64,000 bases of DNA from positions 1,233 to 65,232 of IMG/VR virus record IMGVR_UViG_2660238583_000003; one strand, written 5' to 3'. Positions 10,336 to 20,113 of the stretch are shown here, one piece after another. Position 1 is the first letter of the stretch, and each line of letters starts with the position of its first letter. This DNA is from a virus (Duplodnaviria; Caudoviricetes). The position numbers and the translations under genes are program-made. Under the pieces are notes generated by a model. That model searched no databases and was not told the DNA's origin. It saw only the letters and a program-made list of their open reading frames with translations.

Positions 10336-11520
10336 TTACTTGGAACCGACGCTCCAGCGCAGACCCCAACGGTAGGCCTTATCCATGGGCTCTTGGTTTC
10401 TATGGAAGTCGACCCTACGAGACACCTTAACGGCGCCGTTGTCGTTTTCAAGGAGAGCAATGGCGCAACAACCGAGACTTCCACCCTCCTCGTTCAAACG
10501 GACTTCAATCTCTGGCTGGCCAGGGATGAAAATGGTGACCACACCATCGGTCTGCCCCCAGTTCGGTGCACCGTCGTAGATGAAGGCGTAAACCAGGATT
10601 CGCTTGATCTCACTCCACTTCTTCCCATTGATGTGAATCCACTCGCCGCCGGATACGGAGCCAGTTCGGTCATCACCCATGAGTTGAATGTAGGGTTCGT
10701 CTTCAAGGTCGCCAAAGGCATTGCCCAACGCCTGAACCACGCCCTTGTGCCCGTCCTGCAACTCAAACAAGCAACCAACGTCGAGGTCGATAGACTTGCT
10801 ACGACTGAAGAAGCCGCCAGACTTGCCTTGGTTCCAGTTCAGGTTCACCCGGATTTCACCGAACCCAGCAGCTGTCTTTTCCAGACTGATCGAGGAACGA
10901 GTCTTGTCGAGGGTCACCTTACTCAGGCTAATAGTCGACTTTGGAGCAGGGGCCGGTGCAGGGGTGGGCGCTGGAGCAGGTGCCGGCGCAGTACTTGGAG
11001 CTGGTGTCGGGGTCGGGGCCGCAATGTCGACACCAAAGTGGGTTGCCAGTGGTGCAAGGCCACCGGCAAAGCCTTGAGCGACACATCGAAATTTCCACGC
11101 ACCCTGGCGACGGTAGAACTCGCCAAGAATCAGCGCGGTTTCCTTCATCCCCGAAGTCGGGATCTGAGTCTCAATGCCACCAGACACAGTGACCACAAGC
11201 ATGGGTACACGATCGAAGCTGGCTTTGTTCTCGTAGATGGTCGCCGTCAGCGCGACCTTTTCGATAGCTGCGTCCAGCCGGCTGAGGTCAACGGTGAAAA
11301 CGGCGCGGCCAGCAGCCGTATCAACAAGCTGCACCGACCCACCCAGTACACTGGGCTGGCCGTAAAAACACATGTCATTGTCGCCACGGACCTTTCCAGT
11401 TGCGGTCAGTGCAAATGCAGACACATCAATGTCTGCACCTGGAATAGGCGAATAGCCCACCTCCACCCGCAGGCTCCCGGTCGCTACCGGTGCGTTACCA
11501 CCAGGGACCAAGGTTGTCAT
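10336..11520 (-). CDS. terA: Tellurium resistance protein TerA
   Basis: Two TerD-like domains separated by a Pro/Ala linker; DLDVGCLFEL, GDDRTG, C-terminal W.VGSK. Confidence 0.9.
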   Translation of the reverse strand: MTTLVPGGNAPVATGSLRVEVGYSPIPGADIDVSAFALTATGKVRGDNDMCFYGQPSVLGGSVQLVDTAAGRAVFTVDLSRLDAAIEKVALTATIYENKASFDRVPMLVVTVSGGIETQIPTSGMKETALILGEFYRRQGAWKFRCVAQGFAGGLAPLATHFGVDIAAPTPTPAPSTAPAPAPAPTPAPAPAPKSTISLSKVTLDKTRSSISLEKTAAGFGEIRVNLNWNQGKSGGFFSRSKSIDLDVGCLFELQDGHKGVVQALGNAFGDLEDEPYIQLMGDDRTGSVSGGEWIHINGKKWSEIKRILVYAFIYDGAPNWGQTDGVVTIFIPGQPEIEVRLNEEGGSLGCCAIALLENDNGAVKVSRRVDFHRNQEPMDKAYRWGLRWSVGSK

Positions 11521-12110
11521 GCGCGCACCGCCTGAACGGCCAGGTTCACCAAGTCGTCAGCAGTACGGCCATGGGTAGTCTTACCGATAGCTTTGAACTC
11601 CCAACCAGAAGCGCCGCGCGACAGGTTGGCCATGACCACGCCAGTGTGCTCACCCTGGTCACTGAGGTTGAAACGCGCCAACTCCTGTTTATTGCCGTCA
11701 TTGACGATGCGGCAGTACGCATTTTGGATGCGAGAGAAGTTCTGCCCAGTGAAGCTGTTAGTCGTAAACACCAAGTGCTTAACCGATGCAGGAACGTTGC
11801 TCAGGTTTACGGTGATCGACTCATCATCACCCTCACCCTCACCAGTGCGGTTGTCACCAGAATGCTGGATCGAACCATCTTTGGATTTCAACTGGCGGAA
11901 CCACACCAGGTCGACCGGCTTCAGGTCGCCATCCAGCATGATGCACGACGCGTCGAGGTCGATCTCTCCACCGCCACCACCGAAAATCTTGCCGAAAAGA
12001 CCAGTAGCTTTCACAGGATCCCAGCCCAGACCCAGGGTTACCTTGGACAGACCCGAGCCCGCGGTCTTCTCCAGAGAAATGGACTGATTCTTCGAAAGGG
12101 TAAGTGCCAT
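11517..12110 (-). CDS. terZ: Tellurium resistance protein TerZ
   Basis: GLGWDPVK..GLFGKIFGGGGGEIDLDASC, GDNRTGEGEGDDE; immediately upstream of terA. Confidence 0.9.
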   Translation of the reverse strand: MALTLSKNQSISLEKTAGSGLSKVTLGLGWDPVKATGLFGKIFGGGGGEIDLDASCIMLDGDLKPVDLVWFRQLKSKDGSIQHSGDNRTGEGEGDDESITVNLSNVPASVKHLVFTTNSFTGQNFSRIQNAYCRIVNDGNKQELARFNLSDQGEHTGVVMANLSRGASGWEFKAIGKTTHGRTADDLVNLAVQAVRA

Positions 12111-12112
12111 CG

Positions 12113-12868
12113 TTACGCTCCTTGTTGGTCATCGTGCTGTTGGGTGCCAGAGGAGACACCCGTAACTGAATTTGTGGTCGCGTTCGTCGAGTTCACACGC
12201 GCACCAATTTTCTCAATCTTCATCCGGCCACGCTGCCAGCGCGGGTGAAAGTGCCGCCAGTGCGGCTCTTGCGCTGCAGCAAGTAGCTCTTGATCCCCGC
12301 GGGTGTCACCCCAAGCTCGTAGCTTGTACTGGGCCAGCGGGCCATATACAGCTTCCAGGCGAAGTACCTTTGCTTCGCAGCGGCAGTTACCCCCGCTAAG
12401 CGCGCCTGTGAGCTTGCCTTCAACTACTTCAAGCTCGGTCCCAATCAAGCTGATACCCAGCTCCTGAGCGAATGGCATGAGCACTATCCGCGGAGAAGCT
12501 GAACAGATTGTTACCAGGGCACCGCTAGCAACCTCGGCCGCGACGGATTGTACGCCGGCCGGCCGCATGAGCCGTACCCAAAACGCCTGCCTGAATTCCG
12601 CAGCCTTCCGCTTCACCCAAGCCTCCTCAACACCAGTCAGGAAGGTGGCGACAAGCACAGCTTTAAGCTCGTCGCGACTCATTCCCTTGCCGAGGTAGCG
12701 AATGCATGCAGGAAGCATGCGTATCACCCGTGCGGCGAACTTCCGCTTACCGAACGCAAACAGCAGGAATGGGACGAAACTGTCTCGCCGCGTCAGGGTG
12801 CCGTCGAAGTCAAAAACCGACAGGACCTGGCCGGAGGCCGGGCCAGCTTCAATCATTTCCTGGGTCAC
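12113..12868 (-). CDS. HAD-IB family hydrolase
   Basis: Motif I FDFDGTLT, motif II CSAS, motif IV WGDTRGD. Confidence 0.85.
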   Translation of the reverse strand: MTQEMIEAGPASGQVLSVFDFDGTLTRRDSFVPFLLFAFGKRKFAARVIRMLPACIRYLGKGMSRDELKAVLVATFLTGVEEAWVKRKAAEFRQAFWVRLMRPAGVQSVAAEVASGALVTICSASPRIVLMPFAQELGISLIGTELEVVEGKLTGALSGGNCRCEAKVLRLEAVYGPLAQYKLRAWGDTRGDQELLAAAQEPHWRHFHPRWQRGRMKIEKIGARVNSTNATTNSVTGVSSGTQQHDDQQGA

Positions 12869-13812
12869 CGAACTGCCTCAGCCAGGCGAACTGGCTCCGC
12901 TATACCTGATTCTGCGGGTTTCACTCCGTGCCATTTCACCCGTTCGATGATGTTGATGGCCCAGTTGTAGTGGGTCGCTGGTTCAACCATCGCATCGTTG
13001 TGCTTGAAGACAGCAGGCGCAGAACCATCGACGATGAGCTTGGCGCAGTTGTAGTCCTCAAGAGGAACGCGGAAGCCGTCATGAATCTGCGCAATCTGAG
13101 TCGGGTGAATCGCTGTCTTACCAACCAGCCCATGGGCAATGTCCAAGCCCAGCTCCTCAGCGAGCAGCTGAGGTGTTGCGAGCTGCTCGAAGACAGGGGC
13201 GGTAAGAGCAAAACCTTGTGCCCCAAGGACCCCGCACAGCATTGGGATCACGTACCCCATTGGGGTCTGATACAAGGTCGTTGCCGGGTTGCGGCGCAGC
13301 CCCAGGCAACTCATAAGATCATTTCCACCGATGCGCAACGCAAGGATTCGATCCCCCAGCTCTGAGCGAAGCGCGCAACCCAACTCGCCCATTGCTCCAG
13401 GGTTGAATACGTCGCTGGTTTCAAGCGTGGGCATCATCAGCAGGTCGGGGTTGGTAACTGCTCGGGCCCACTCACCCAAGGTGGCAAGGGACAACTTCGG
13501 CACTACAAATCCATGCGCTGCGGTGATCTCAGGCCACTCGTTGAGTAGAGTCGCCATCTTAGAATCACGCGGACGTACGAAAACCAACGGACTTCTCGGA
13601 GAGCGGCTAGCTCGTGGCCCGATAGCAGTCAAGATCGCCCGCAGCGACAGCAGTGCATGCTCAACATCGGTAGAGGCAACCGCATCCTCTAGGCAGATAA
13701 CGAGCGAGCGAAGGCCAGGCTGCTTATCTGCGCAAATCACATCGACGATATCGGCTCTAGTTGCAGGCATGTAGAGCGTCGCGCCCAGGGCCCACGGCGA
13801 GATGCGGTCCAT
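12865..13812 (-). CDS. HpcH/HpaI aldolase / citrate lyase family protein (Ter-associated)
   Basis: LGATLYMPA, ICLEDAV, RIGGNDL, GKTAIHPTQI motifs. Confidence 0.85.
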   Translation of the reverse strand: MDRISPWALGATLYMPATRADIVDVICADKQPGLRSLVICLEDAVASTDVEHALLSLRAILTAIGPRASRSPRSPLVFVRPRDSKMATLLNEWPEITAAHGFVVPKLSLATLGEWARAVTNPDLLMMPTLETSDVFNPGAMGELGCALRSELGDRILALRIGGNDLMSCLGLRRNPATTLYQTPMGYVIPMLCGVLGAQGFALTAPVFEQLATPQLLAEELGLDIAHGLVGKTAIHPTQIAQIHDGFRVPLEDYNCAKLIVDGSAPAVFKHNDAMVEPATHYNWAINIIERVKWHGVKPAESGIAEPVRLAEAVR

Positions 13813-14903
13813 TAGCTCACCTCCCGGATGATGGTAACGGCACGGTAAGGCCCCAAGTCTTCACCAGCTTCCTGTACCTGGATGCCGGCACGGTCAGTCA
13901 GATGGATCAGCAGTTGGACGTCTGCGTCGTTGCGGTCCCGCACCAGTACCTGATCTGGGACACGGCGCAGCACAGCGCGAGTCGCTTCGGCGATACCGGG
14001 CTTGATGCGATTCAAATTGGTCACACCAAATCGATCAGCAAGACGGCTGACGACACCAAGTGCATCGTTCTGCAGGTTCTTCGCCTCATCTGGTGTCCAC
14101 GGCTGAGCCGGACTTACCTCGACGGCAGCTCGAGCTGCTTCGATCCGATCAATGAATGCTCGGGTCACGTCGTGCTCTCGCAGGTGGTCGTATACTACGC
14201 AGCCATGCAGCCCGCCATCACTCGGCCAGATCGAGCGGGAAACCAAACCGGATACGGTCGCGCCCAGAATACCGGATGGGATGATCCAATCTTCGGCCGA
14301 GGCTGCGAGCCAGGCTCGGCCGCACGGGTCTGCCAGTACGACCAATCGCGGGTCTTCAGGGAAACGGCTGTCACCTGCAAGGCTTCGCTTGATCTCACCG
14401 GAGATTGCGCCTTTGCCTGTCCACCCATCGACGAAGACGATGTTTTCAGCACCATGTGCAGCGATGATAGACTCAAGCGCAACAGTGTCGATACCACGAT
14501 CGCGGACGATGCTGATGCCGTAGTGATGTGCGTCGCGGCCCCGGCCAATCAATGCACGGCGTAACAGAACCCCAAGCGGAAGCCCGGCGCGCACGAAGGA
14601 CACGAGCGCAATTGTCGGCCCCTGATAGCGTTCTTCCAAGGCCAGAGCTAGGGATTGAACGTCCGCCGCCATGCGCAGGCCGTTCTGAGTCATCGCTCGC
14701 TCGAACAACTGCATGTGAGTCTGTGACGGCGCATCTTCCTGGCTGATCATTTCCGAGTAGTGCTTTTCCTTGGACTGGATCAGCCGCTCCTTTTCCAGCA
14801 CATCCGTCAGGCCGATGTTCACTGGCTGCAACAGGAAATGAACATCCTCAGGCAAGTAGCTACCGCTACCAACAGTCATCGAGGTCAGGATCGGGTTAAG
14901 CAT
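13812..14903 (-). CDS. StiP-like protein with C-terminal PELOTA-like domain (Ter-associated)
   Basis: GSY.PEDV.FLL, HYSEM, RAGLP.G, FVDGWTGKG, IKPGIAEATRAVLRR motifs. Confidence 0.8.
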   Translation of the reverse strand: MLNPILTSMTVGSGSYLPEDVHFLLQPVNIGLTDVLEKERLIQSKEKHYSEMISQEDAPSQTHMQLFERAMTQNGLRMAADVQSLALALEERYQGPTIALVSFVRAGLPLGVLLRRALIGRGRDAHHYGISIVRDRGIDTVALESIIAAHGAENIVFVDGWTGKGAISGEIKRSLAGDSRFPEDPRLVVLADPCGRAWLAASAEDWIIPSGILGATVSGLVSRSIWPSDGGLHGCVVYDHLREHDVTRAFIDRIEAARAAVEVSPAQPWTPDEAKNLQNDALGVVSRLADRFGVTNLNRIKPGIAEATRAVLRRVPDQVLVRDRNDADVQLLIHLTDRAGIQVQEAGEDLGPYRAVTIIREVS

Positions 14904-15654
14904 GGATGGTGCCCTCCACCAATGCGGCAAGCTGGCTCCGCGCCGGAGTCGACCAGAAATCGCAGAGGTTCATGTAGCCGAGATCGGTGATGCTGTCGCC
15001 GAAGCCGAGCACAGGGCGCTCCCCGTGTAATTCACGATCCTGCTTGAGGAAGTGCTCAACAGCGACGCGCTTGGACAGACCTGCAGGTAGCAGGGCAAGG
15101 TTGTTGCCGTTGGAGTGAGTGTGCATGCCTTCGATCAGGCCAGCTTCACTCAGCTTGTTGCGCACCAGAATCAGATCAGCGTCAGAACCGTTGTTGTGCT
15201 TGACCACAACGTAGTGACGCTGATCGGCCTCTTCCACAACCCAGCCACGAAGCGATACACCTTGCTCGTCCCCAATACGCAACGCCGTCTCACACAGCAC
15301 GGGCAAGCGGTCCTGGAACGCCGAGAGAATTCCATTCATCACGCCATGCCAGTCCATATTGACGGAGCGATCGGGATTAAGAATCAGGCCACCATGGGAG
15401 CAAATAGCAGGGCCAGTGAAATCCAGACGAACACGATTGAAGGCCTCGGCACTGCGCGCAGTAACGGGTACCACATCAGTCGTTGCCAGGAGCCACCCAA
15501 GGAACTGCTTCTGCATCTCGGTCTGGTAACCGCTCACTTCACCGTTAACGTCAAAGGACGCCGGATAGCGCGAAGTGCCCTCAGGCATTTTTCGAGCGGT
15601 TTGGAAGAGCGTGTCGTCCAGGTCGACCAGGGCAAGCGGGCGCTTATTTGCCAT
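14896..15654 (-). CDS. HAD family phosphatase (Ter-associated)
   Basis: DLDDTLFQT, PVTAR, GFGDSITD motifs. Confidence 0.85.
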   Translation of the reverse strand: MANKRPLALVDLDDTLFQTARKMPEGTSRYPASFDVNGEVSGYQTEMQKQFLGWLLATTDVVPVTARSAEAFNRVRLDFTGPAICSHGGLILNPDRSVNMDWHGVMNGILSAFQDRLPVLCETALRIGDEQGVSLRGWVVEEADQRHYVVVKHNNGSDADLILVRNKLSEAGLIEGMHTHSNGNNLALLPAGLSKRVAVEHFLKQDRELHGERPVLGFGDSITDLGYMNLCDFWSTPARSQLAALVEGTIHA

Positions 15655-16780
15655 CGACGATCACCTCCGCGTTCAAAGCTTCAATCAACGCAGCCGGCAC
15701 AGCCTGTGCGTCCGTCTCGCTGCAGATCAGCACTCGATCGAATTGCCCGGGTGCCACGTTGTAGAGGAAGTTGACGATGCCCAGACCGTAGTTGTCCGAG
15801 AAATTCAGCGCGTGCCCAATCGAATGACCAAGTGCAATTGGCGAACGGGTAGTCGAGCTGAAATGCACATCGGCGCCAGCGCGCTCAAGGCGTTCAGCCA
15901 GCAGGAAGGGCTTCCAAACGAACTCACCGGTACCGAGGACGATGACCCGCTCACCCGGCTGGACAGCGATGTTGAGCCCCAGGGTGTCTGCTACCCCACG
16001 GGTACCCAGTCGGCCCCAATCGTTTTCGGGGTTCACAGCCCAATCTCCAGCGGCCACGGTGCCGGTGTCTGGCATTTCAGGAAGCGGAGCTTCAGGATCT
16101 TCAGTGAAGCTGTAAGCGCCACTCAGCAGGGATACCTGTGCGGCCGCTTCGCCGATGCTGCTCGATACAGCGCCTGCAGACCAATCAGTCAGCACGCAGG
16201 TGACAACGCGCTCGATCTGGTTGAGTCCAGCGTCCACTAGGGCGCGGTGTAGATTGATGAACGTGCGACCGGTCGAGGCCTCATCATCAACGAGCACCAG
16301 CGACTTGGCGCTGCGCATCATTTCCGAGAGTTGAGGTTCGGACGGCTCATGAATCAAGTGTGCACTGGCATGGCTGTGCTCTTCTTCAAAACGAGCAAAG
16401 ATCAGATCGCCCACCGGGTGGCGGGTGCTGACGATGTACATGGTGTCAGCCCGTGACTCGCTGAGGGCGCGATGAACGCCAGCCCCCAGGCCGACGGCTG
16501 TCTCTGCCATACCGATGATCAGTACAGGGCCTGGCAGGTCGGATGGGATTTGTGCAGCCAAGGCCTTATAGGATTGCTGCATCACCGATGGCTTGACGGG
16601 AATGTGCTTACCCAGCACCCGAGAAACAAACAAAAATGCTCGTTTCGGATTGCGGCGCTCGGCAAAGCCAAAAAGCGACTCAGGCGAAATGGAAGCCTGA
16701 TGCACATCAACTTCGAGAACGCCGCGCTTCAGCGTGGCGCTCAACTTTGTAGACGCTCGATTCACTAAACTATGCCCCAT
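15644..16780 (-). CDS. Phosphoribosyltransferase with TRSP-like C-terminus (Ter-associated)
   Basis: RRNPKRAFLFVSRVLGKH, EEHSHA, PRPP loop LVDDEASTGRT, STTRSPI. Confidence 0.85.
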   Translation of the reverse strand: MGHSLVNRASTKLSATLKRGVLEVDVHQASISPESLFGFAERRNPKRAFLFVSRVLGKHIPVKPSVMQQSYKALAAQIPSDLPGPVLIIGMAETAVGLGAGVHRALSESRADTMYIVSTRHPVGDLIFARFEEEHSHASAHLIHEPSEPQLSEMMRSAKSLVLVDDEASTGRTFINLHRALVDAGLNQIERVVTCVLTDWSAGAVSSSIGEAAAQVSLLSGAYSFTEDPEAPLPEMPDTGTVAAGDWAVNPENDWGRLGTRGVADTLGLNIAVQPGERVIVLGTGEFVWKPFLLAERLERAGADVHFSSTTRSPIALGHSIGHALNFSDNYGLGIVNFLYNVAPGQFDRVLICSETDAQAVPAALIEALNAEVIVDGK

Positions 16781-16848
16781 GTTGGAGTTCCGTGGACGAT
16801 AGTAGTGAACCTAACGTGCGCACTTTTAATTTCAATGGCCTGCAGCAT

Positions 16849-17988
16849 TTAATTTCGCGCTTCGACTTTCCAAAGCGACGGTTGAACACCCCTCGCTATA
16901 TCGGCAGGTGTCTGCGCTGCATGAGAGTCATTGACTGTTATGTGGATATGGCATGCTTCTAAGAAGGCGCCGAGCAAATGGGACTTGACCGCAAAGTTCA
17001 TGTTCTGCGCATCTGGCACGGTTGAAGTAACCATGCCGACCACACTCCCCTGCGAGTCGAACAGTGGACTACCACTCGACCCTGGCTGAATTGCCGCTGT
17101 GAACTGCAAGAGGCTCGAGTCGTTACGTAGTCCGAACAGGGCGGAGACGCCGCCCTGAGTGACATGCGCACCACCGCCCGCAAATCCCGACATTGGGAAG
17201 CCAATCGCTGTCACTGCGTCGCCCAGGGAGCAGCCGCCGGTTGCGGCGAACTGGACAGGCGTCAATGGCGCACCATCTACTCGGAGCAATGCAATGTCGT
17301 TTGAAGTGTCGACCATCACTGGCTCAGCTCGGTACCGACCATTGAAGGAACTGATCTCAATTGACGACATCCCCTCGATGACATGGGCGCAGGTCAACAG
17401 CCCGTTGCTGGACACAGCAAAGCCAGTGCCAGTGGCGGCCGTTGCACCGCCATTAGGCCGAGAGTCGCGACTTCCAACCTCTGGATGGTCAGGGTTGGCT
17501 TCGTCTATCTCCACTCCGAGCCTGCGGCCAAACGCCGCCAGGCCATAGGCTGAGCCTTCTGCCATGGCCCGGAACTTCCATTGTCCACCGCGGGAATAGA
17601 ACTCGCCCAATACCAACGCGCTCTCGCCAAACGCGCTGGTATCCAGGTCGTAGGAAATCGTTTGATCAACCTTTAGCTTGAGGTTGCCAAGAGAGCTAAC
17701 CGGCCCGAGGTTGGAATATCTGTAGACGATCAGCAGAACGCGATCACTGCCGGCAGGCAGGCTCCCGAGCTGAAGCGAGCAGCCGACCTGCTCCCGACTA
17801 CCACTCCATTGCATCCAGGCGGGCTGCTCAATGTGAAAGAGCGCGGCAGCCCCCTTTGGGGATCGTTTGTCATCAACAGGGATCAGCGCGACAGCTGCGG
17901 TTGAGCCAAAAGCATTCTGCTGCGAAGACTCCAGCGTCCACGATGCTTTTTGTGAAGAAAGTGCAACATTGGCGCCTGGCGTCAGCAT
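16849..17988 (-). CDS. TerD-like domain fused to a trypsin-like serine protease
   Basis: GEFYSRGGQWKFRA (TerD C-terminus); protease triad motifs LTCAHV, NDIALL, PGSSGSP. Confidence 0.85.
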   Translation of the reverse strand: MLTPGANVALSSQKASWTLESSQQNAFGSTAAVALIPVDDKRSPKGAAALFHIEQPAWMQWSGSREQVGCSLQLGSLPAGSDRVLLIVYRYSNLGPVSSLGNLKLKVDQTISYDLDTSAFGESALVLGEFYSRGGQWKFRAMAEGSAYGLAAFGRRLGVEIDEANPDHPEVGSRDSRPNGGATAATGTGFAVSSNGLLTCAHVIEGMSSIEISSFNGRYRAEPVMVDTSNDIALLRVDGAPLTPVQFAATGGCSLGDAVTAIGFPMSGFAGGGAHVTQGGVSALFGLRNDSSLLQFTAAIQPGSSGSPLFDSQGSVVGMVTSTVPDAQNMNFAVKSHLLGAFLEACHIHITVNDSHAAQTPADIARGVQPSLWKVEARN

Positions 17989-18062
17989 GTCTCGCTCCCT
18001 GAGTAGACAGAAACTTTAATCTATAATCTGGTACACGTGGTACCAGAATGATGGCCATTCTA

Positions 18063-19073
18063 TCACCCAGCCGGGGTCGTAACGGCAATAGTGATCGCCC
18101 GAATTCGCACCCCCTCCTTCCAAGAAATCTCTGGCTCTGGGAGGCCAAGCCGGCGCGCAGCGAAGATACCCGCCAGGTTGACACCAGCTTCACGGGTGTA
18201 GCCAACACCACCTGAATATCGTGGGTTGATCTCAAGAAGCCTTGGCATCCCATCGGCGCCATCGCGGGTCTGGACGTTGATGATGCCGTCACAACCGAAA
18301 TGCTGAGCCGCGGCGACAGCCAGATCGGTTGCCGGCGTGTCTCGCTCGAAAGTTTGGTGCGCTCCGGCTTTCCGGCGACCGACATACGCCACTACCTTGC
18401 CGCCCTCACAAACCATGTCTACGGAGCACTCTGGCCCTGGGAGGTAAGGCATCACCAGCATCGGCTCACGAGCTGGCCCGGCCGAGTAGATCCGATGATA
18501 AGTCTCGAAGTCGACTTCTCGAGCATCTGGGTTCGCAAAGCAGCGGAATGGGTCAACACCGGCCTTGAACCGCCAGAATCCCTGTCCATAGATGCCAACA
18601 ACCGGCTTGATGCAAACCTCTGAAGTCGGACTCAAGGTTTCGTAAGCAGCGCGCAGCTGCTGTGGGTTTTCAACCGTGATAGCGGGGATGCAAGCCAACC
18701 CGGCGCGTTCTGCCTCGGCCGTAAAATTGGCCTTGTCGTCAACCAGCTCAAAAGTGCGCTTGCTCATTCCGCCGGTAACAAGCGTGATGCCTTCGCGCTC
18801 AAAATCCGCACGACGGCTCTCATACGCGCCCCCAAGGCGACCAGCTAAGACCACCCTAATCGAGTTCTCGACTGCAGTGCGGAGCACCCAGTCAATTCGC
18901 TCTTCGCGGTCTTCAGGCTCCTTGAAGCTGCCGTGAGCCAAACCGGTGATTTCCGGCCGGTCACCACCATGGGATGCGAATACGCGCACGCCGGCCGGGA
19001 GTGCCTCTAAGGCGCCCAGAATGATGTCGCGCTGAGAAGCCTGACCCTGTAGAAACCAGATCATTAAAACCAC
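18063..19073 (-). CDS. ATP-grasp domain protein (Ter-associated)
   Basis: DDKA.F, CIKP..G.YG.GF, MPYLPGPECSVD, LLEINPRYSGG. Confidence 0.85.
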   Translation of the reverse strand: MVLMIWFLQGQASQRDIILGALEALPAGVRVFASHGGDRPEITGLAHGSFKEPEDREERIDWVLRTAVENSIRVVLAGRLGGAYESRRADFEREGITLVTGGMSKRTFELVDDKANFTAEAERAGLACIPAITVENPQQLRAAYETLSPTSEVCIKPVVGIYGQGFWRFKAGVDPFRCFANPDAREVDFETYHRIYSAGPAREPMLVMPYLPGPECSVDMVCEGGKVVAYVGRRKAGAHQTFERDTPATDLAVAAAQHFGCDGIINVQTRDGADGMPRLLEINPRYSGGVGYTREAGVNLAGIFAARRLGLPEPEISWKEGVRIRAITIAVTTPAG

Positions 19074-19310
19074 CTTGATTTAGTACAATTGAATTTGGAT
19101 CTAGGATGCCGACCTTGGGCGTGATGGTAACGGTTGAGCCGGCGGCTTCAAGAGGGCATCATTATGATCTGCCTCCTTAAAAAACGCCTCTGGCCTGGTG
19201 GTAATCGCGTCACGCAAATTGTTGCGATTTATTAATGGGTTCGATCGCGACAGATGGCCGGAAGCCCCCGTGATAGTCCCTATGATGCCCCTGGCCATAA
19301 ATCTTCTCTC

Positions 19311-19536
19311 ACTAATCTTGATTGTTTTTGTTCACGCTTGCAGAGCCTGGAGGAGGAGCTGAGCAGACATCCTCAAGCATTTTATGATGTGGTCGTACTG
19401 TTCCCGTGTGATCGCCCCTGATTCCAATGCCTCCCTAGCCTTAAAGCGGATCACGTCTTTCGATAGTTTTGTCCGGCCGTTTTTTCCTGGCCTTGAGTAT
19501 TTCGTCAGCCAGCCTCTTAAGTTCTGATGTAGCCAT
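19311..19536 (-). pseudogene. Small ORF apparently split by a frameshift near an A6 run
   Basis: GGAG RBS then MATSELKRLADEILKARK; that frame stops after 31 codons, but the shifted frame continues KLSKDVIRFKAREALESGAITREQYDHIIKML...QD*. Confidence 0.4.
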
Positions 19537-19573
19537 CGTGACTCCCTTCAGTTTGAATTATCAAGATTAAGCT

Positions 19574-19801
19574 TTGGGGGGCATCTACGACCTCAGTTCA
19601 GCATCCAAGGTTACTCCACAGGCCATTCAGCGACTTGAGTGCGATGCACAGCTCAACAAAGTGAGCATGCAAGCACTGGCATTTGCGATAGAGGCTGAGG
19701 GCCTGGTTTTCTTTCCTGTCCATCCACCACTCAAGGGCATGAAATGCCGTGGGTCGACAAAAGACGCGCGCAGCCGCCGTGACTACCACCTGCTCGAGTA
19801 A
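19574..19801 (+). pseudogene. Possible XRE-HTH remnant
   Basis: LSSASKVTPQAIQRLE...MQALAFAIEAEGLVF resembles an XRE HTH C-terminal half; no clear start. Confidence 0.3.
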
Positions 19802-20113
19802 CTAGGTATGTCCCAGCGCTACCGATTCCCAAGTGGAAAACTCGCACCCGGCTTGATGCTACCAACGAAGATCGAGGGACGCCTTCGCCTGCACCTCGCA
19901 TCAATCGAAGCTGCCGATATTCCCGTAACTGCTTGATTGCCCAGGCCAACGCGCAGGGTGCCTGCCTCGGCCTGGACATGGGGGATCTTCTGCTCCGCTC
20001 CGACATCGAGCGCGTGGAAATCCCGGTCGACAACGTCGCCAGTAGCGGCTAGCCGAGCTGGCCGGCGACGTGGAGCTGTAACCGATCCGACTACTCCAGG
20101 CAGTCCACAGGCC

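Noticed and set aside
10945-11025. Repetitive GC-rich tract in terA
   Set aside because: It encodes the usual Pro/Ala linker and is not a repeat array.
7468-12248. Long plus-strand ORFs opposite the ter genes (e.g. 8809-9768, 10288-11535)
   Set aside because: Shadow frames of GC-rich coding sequence with no motifs.
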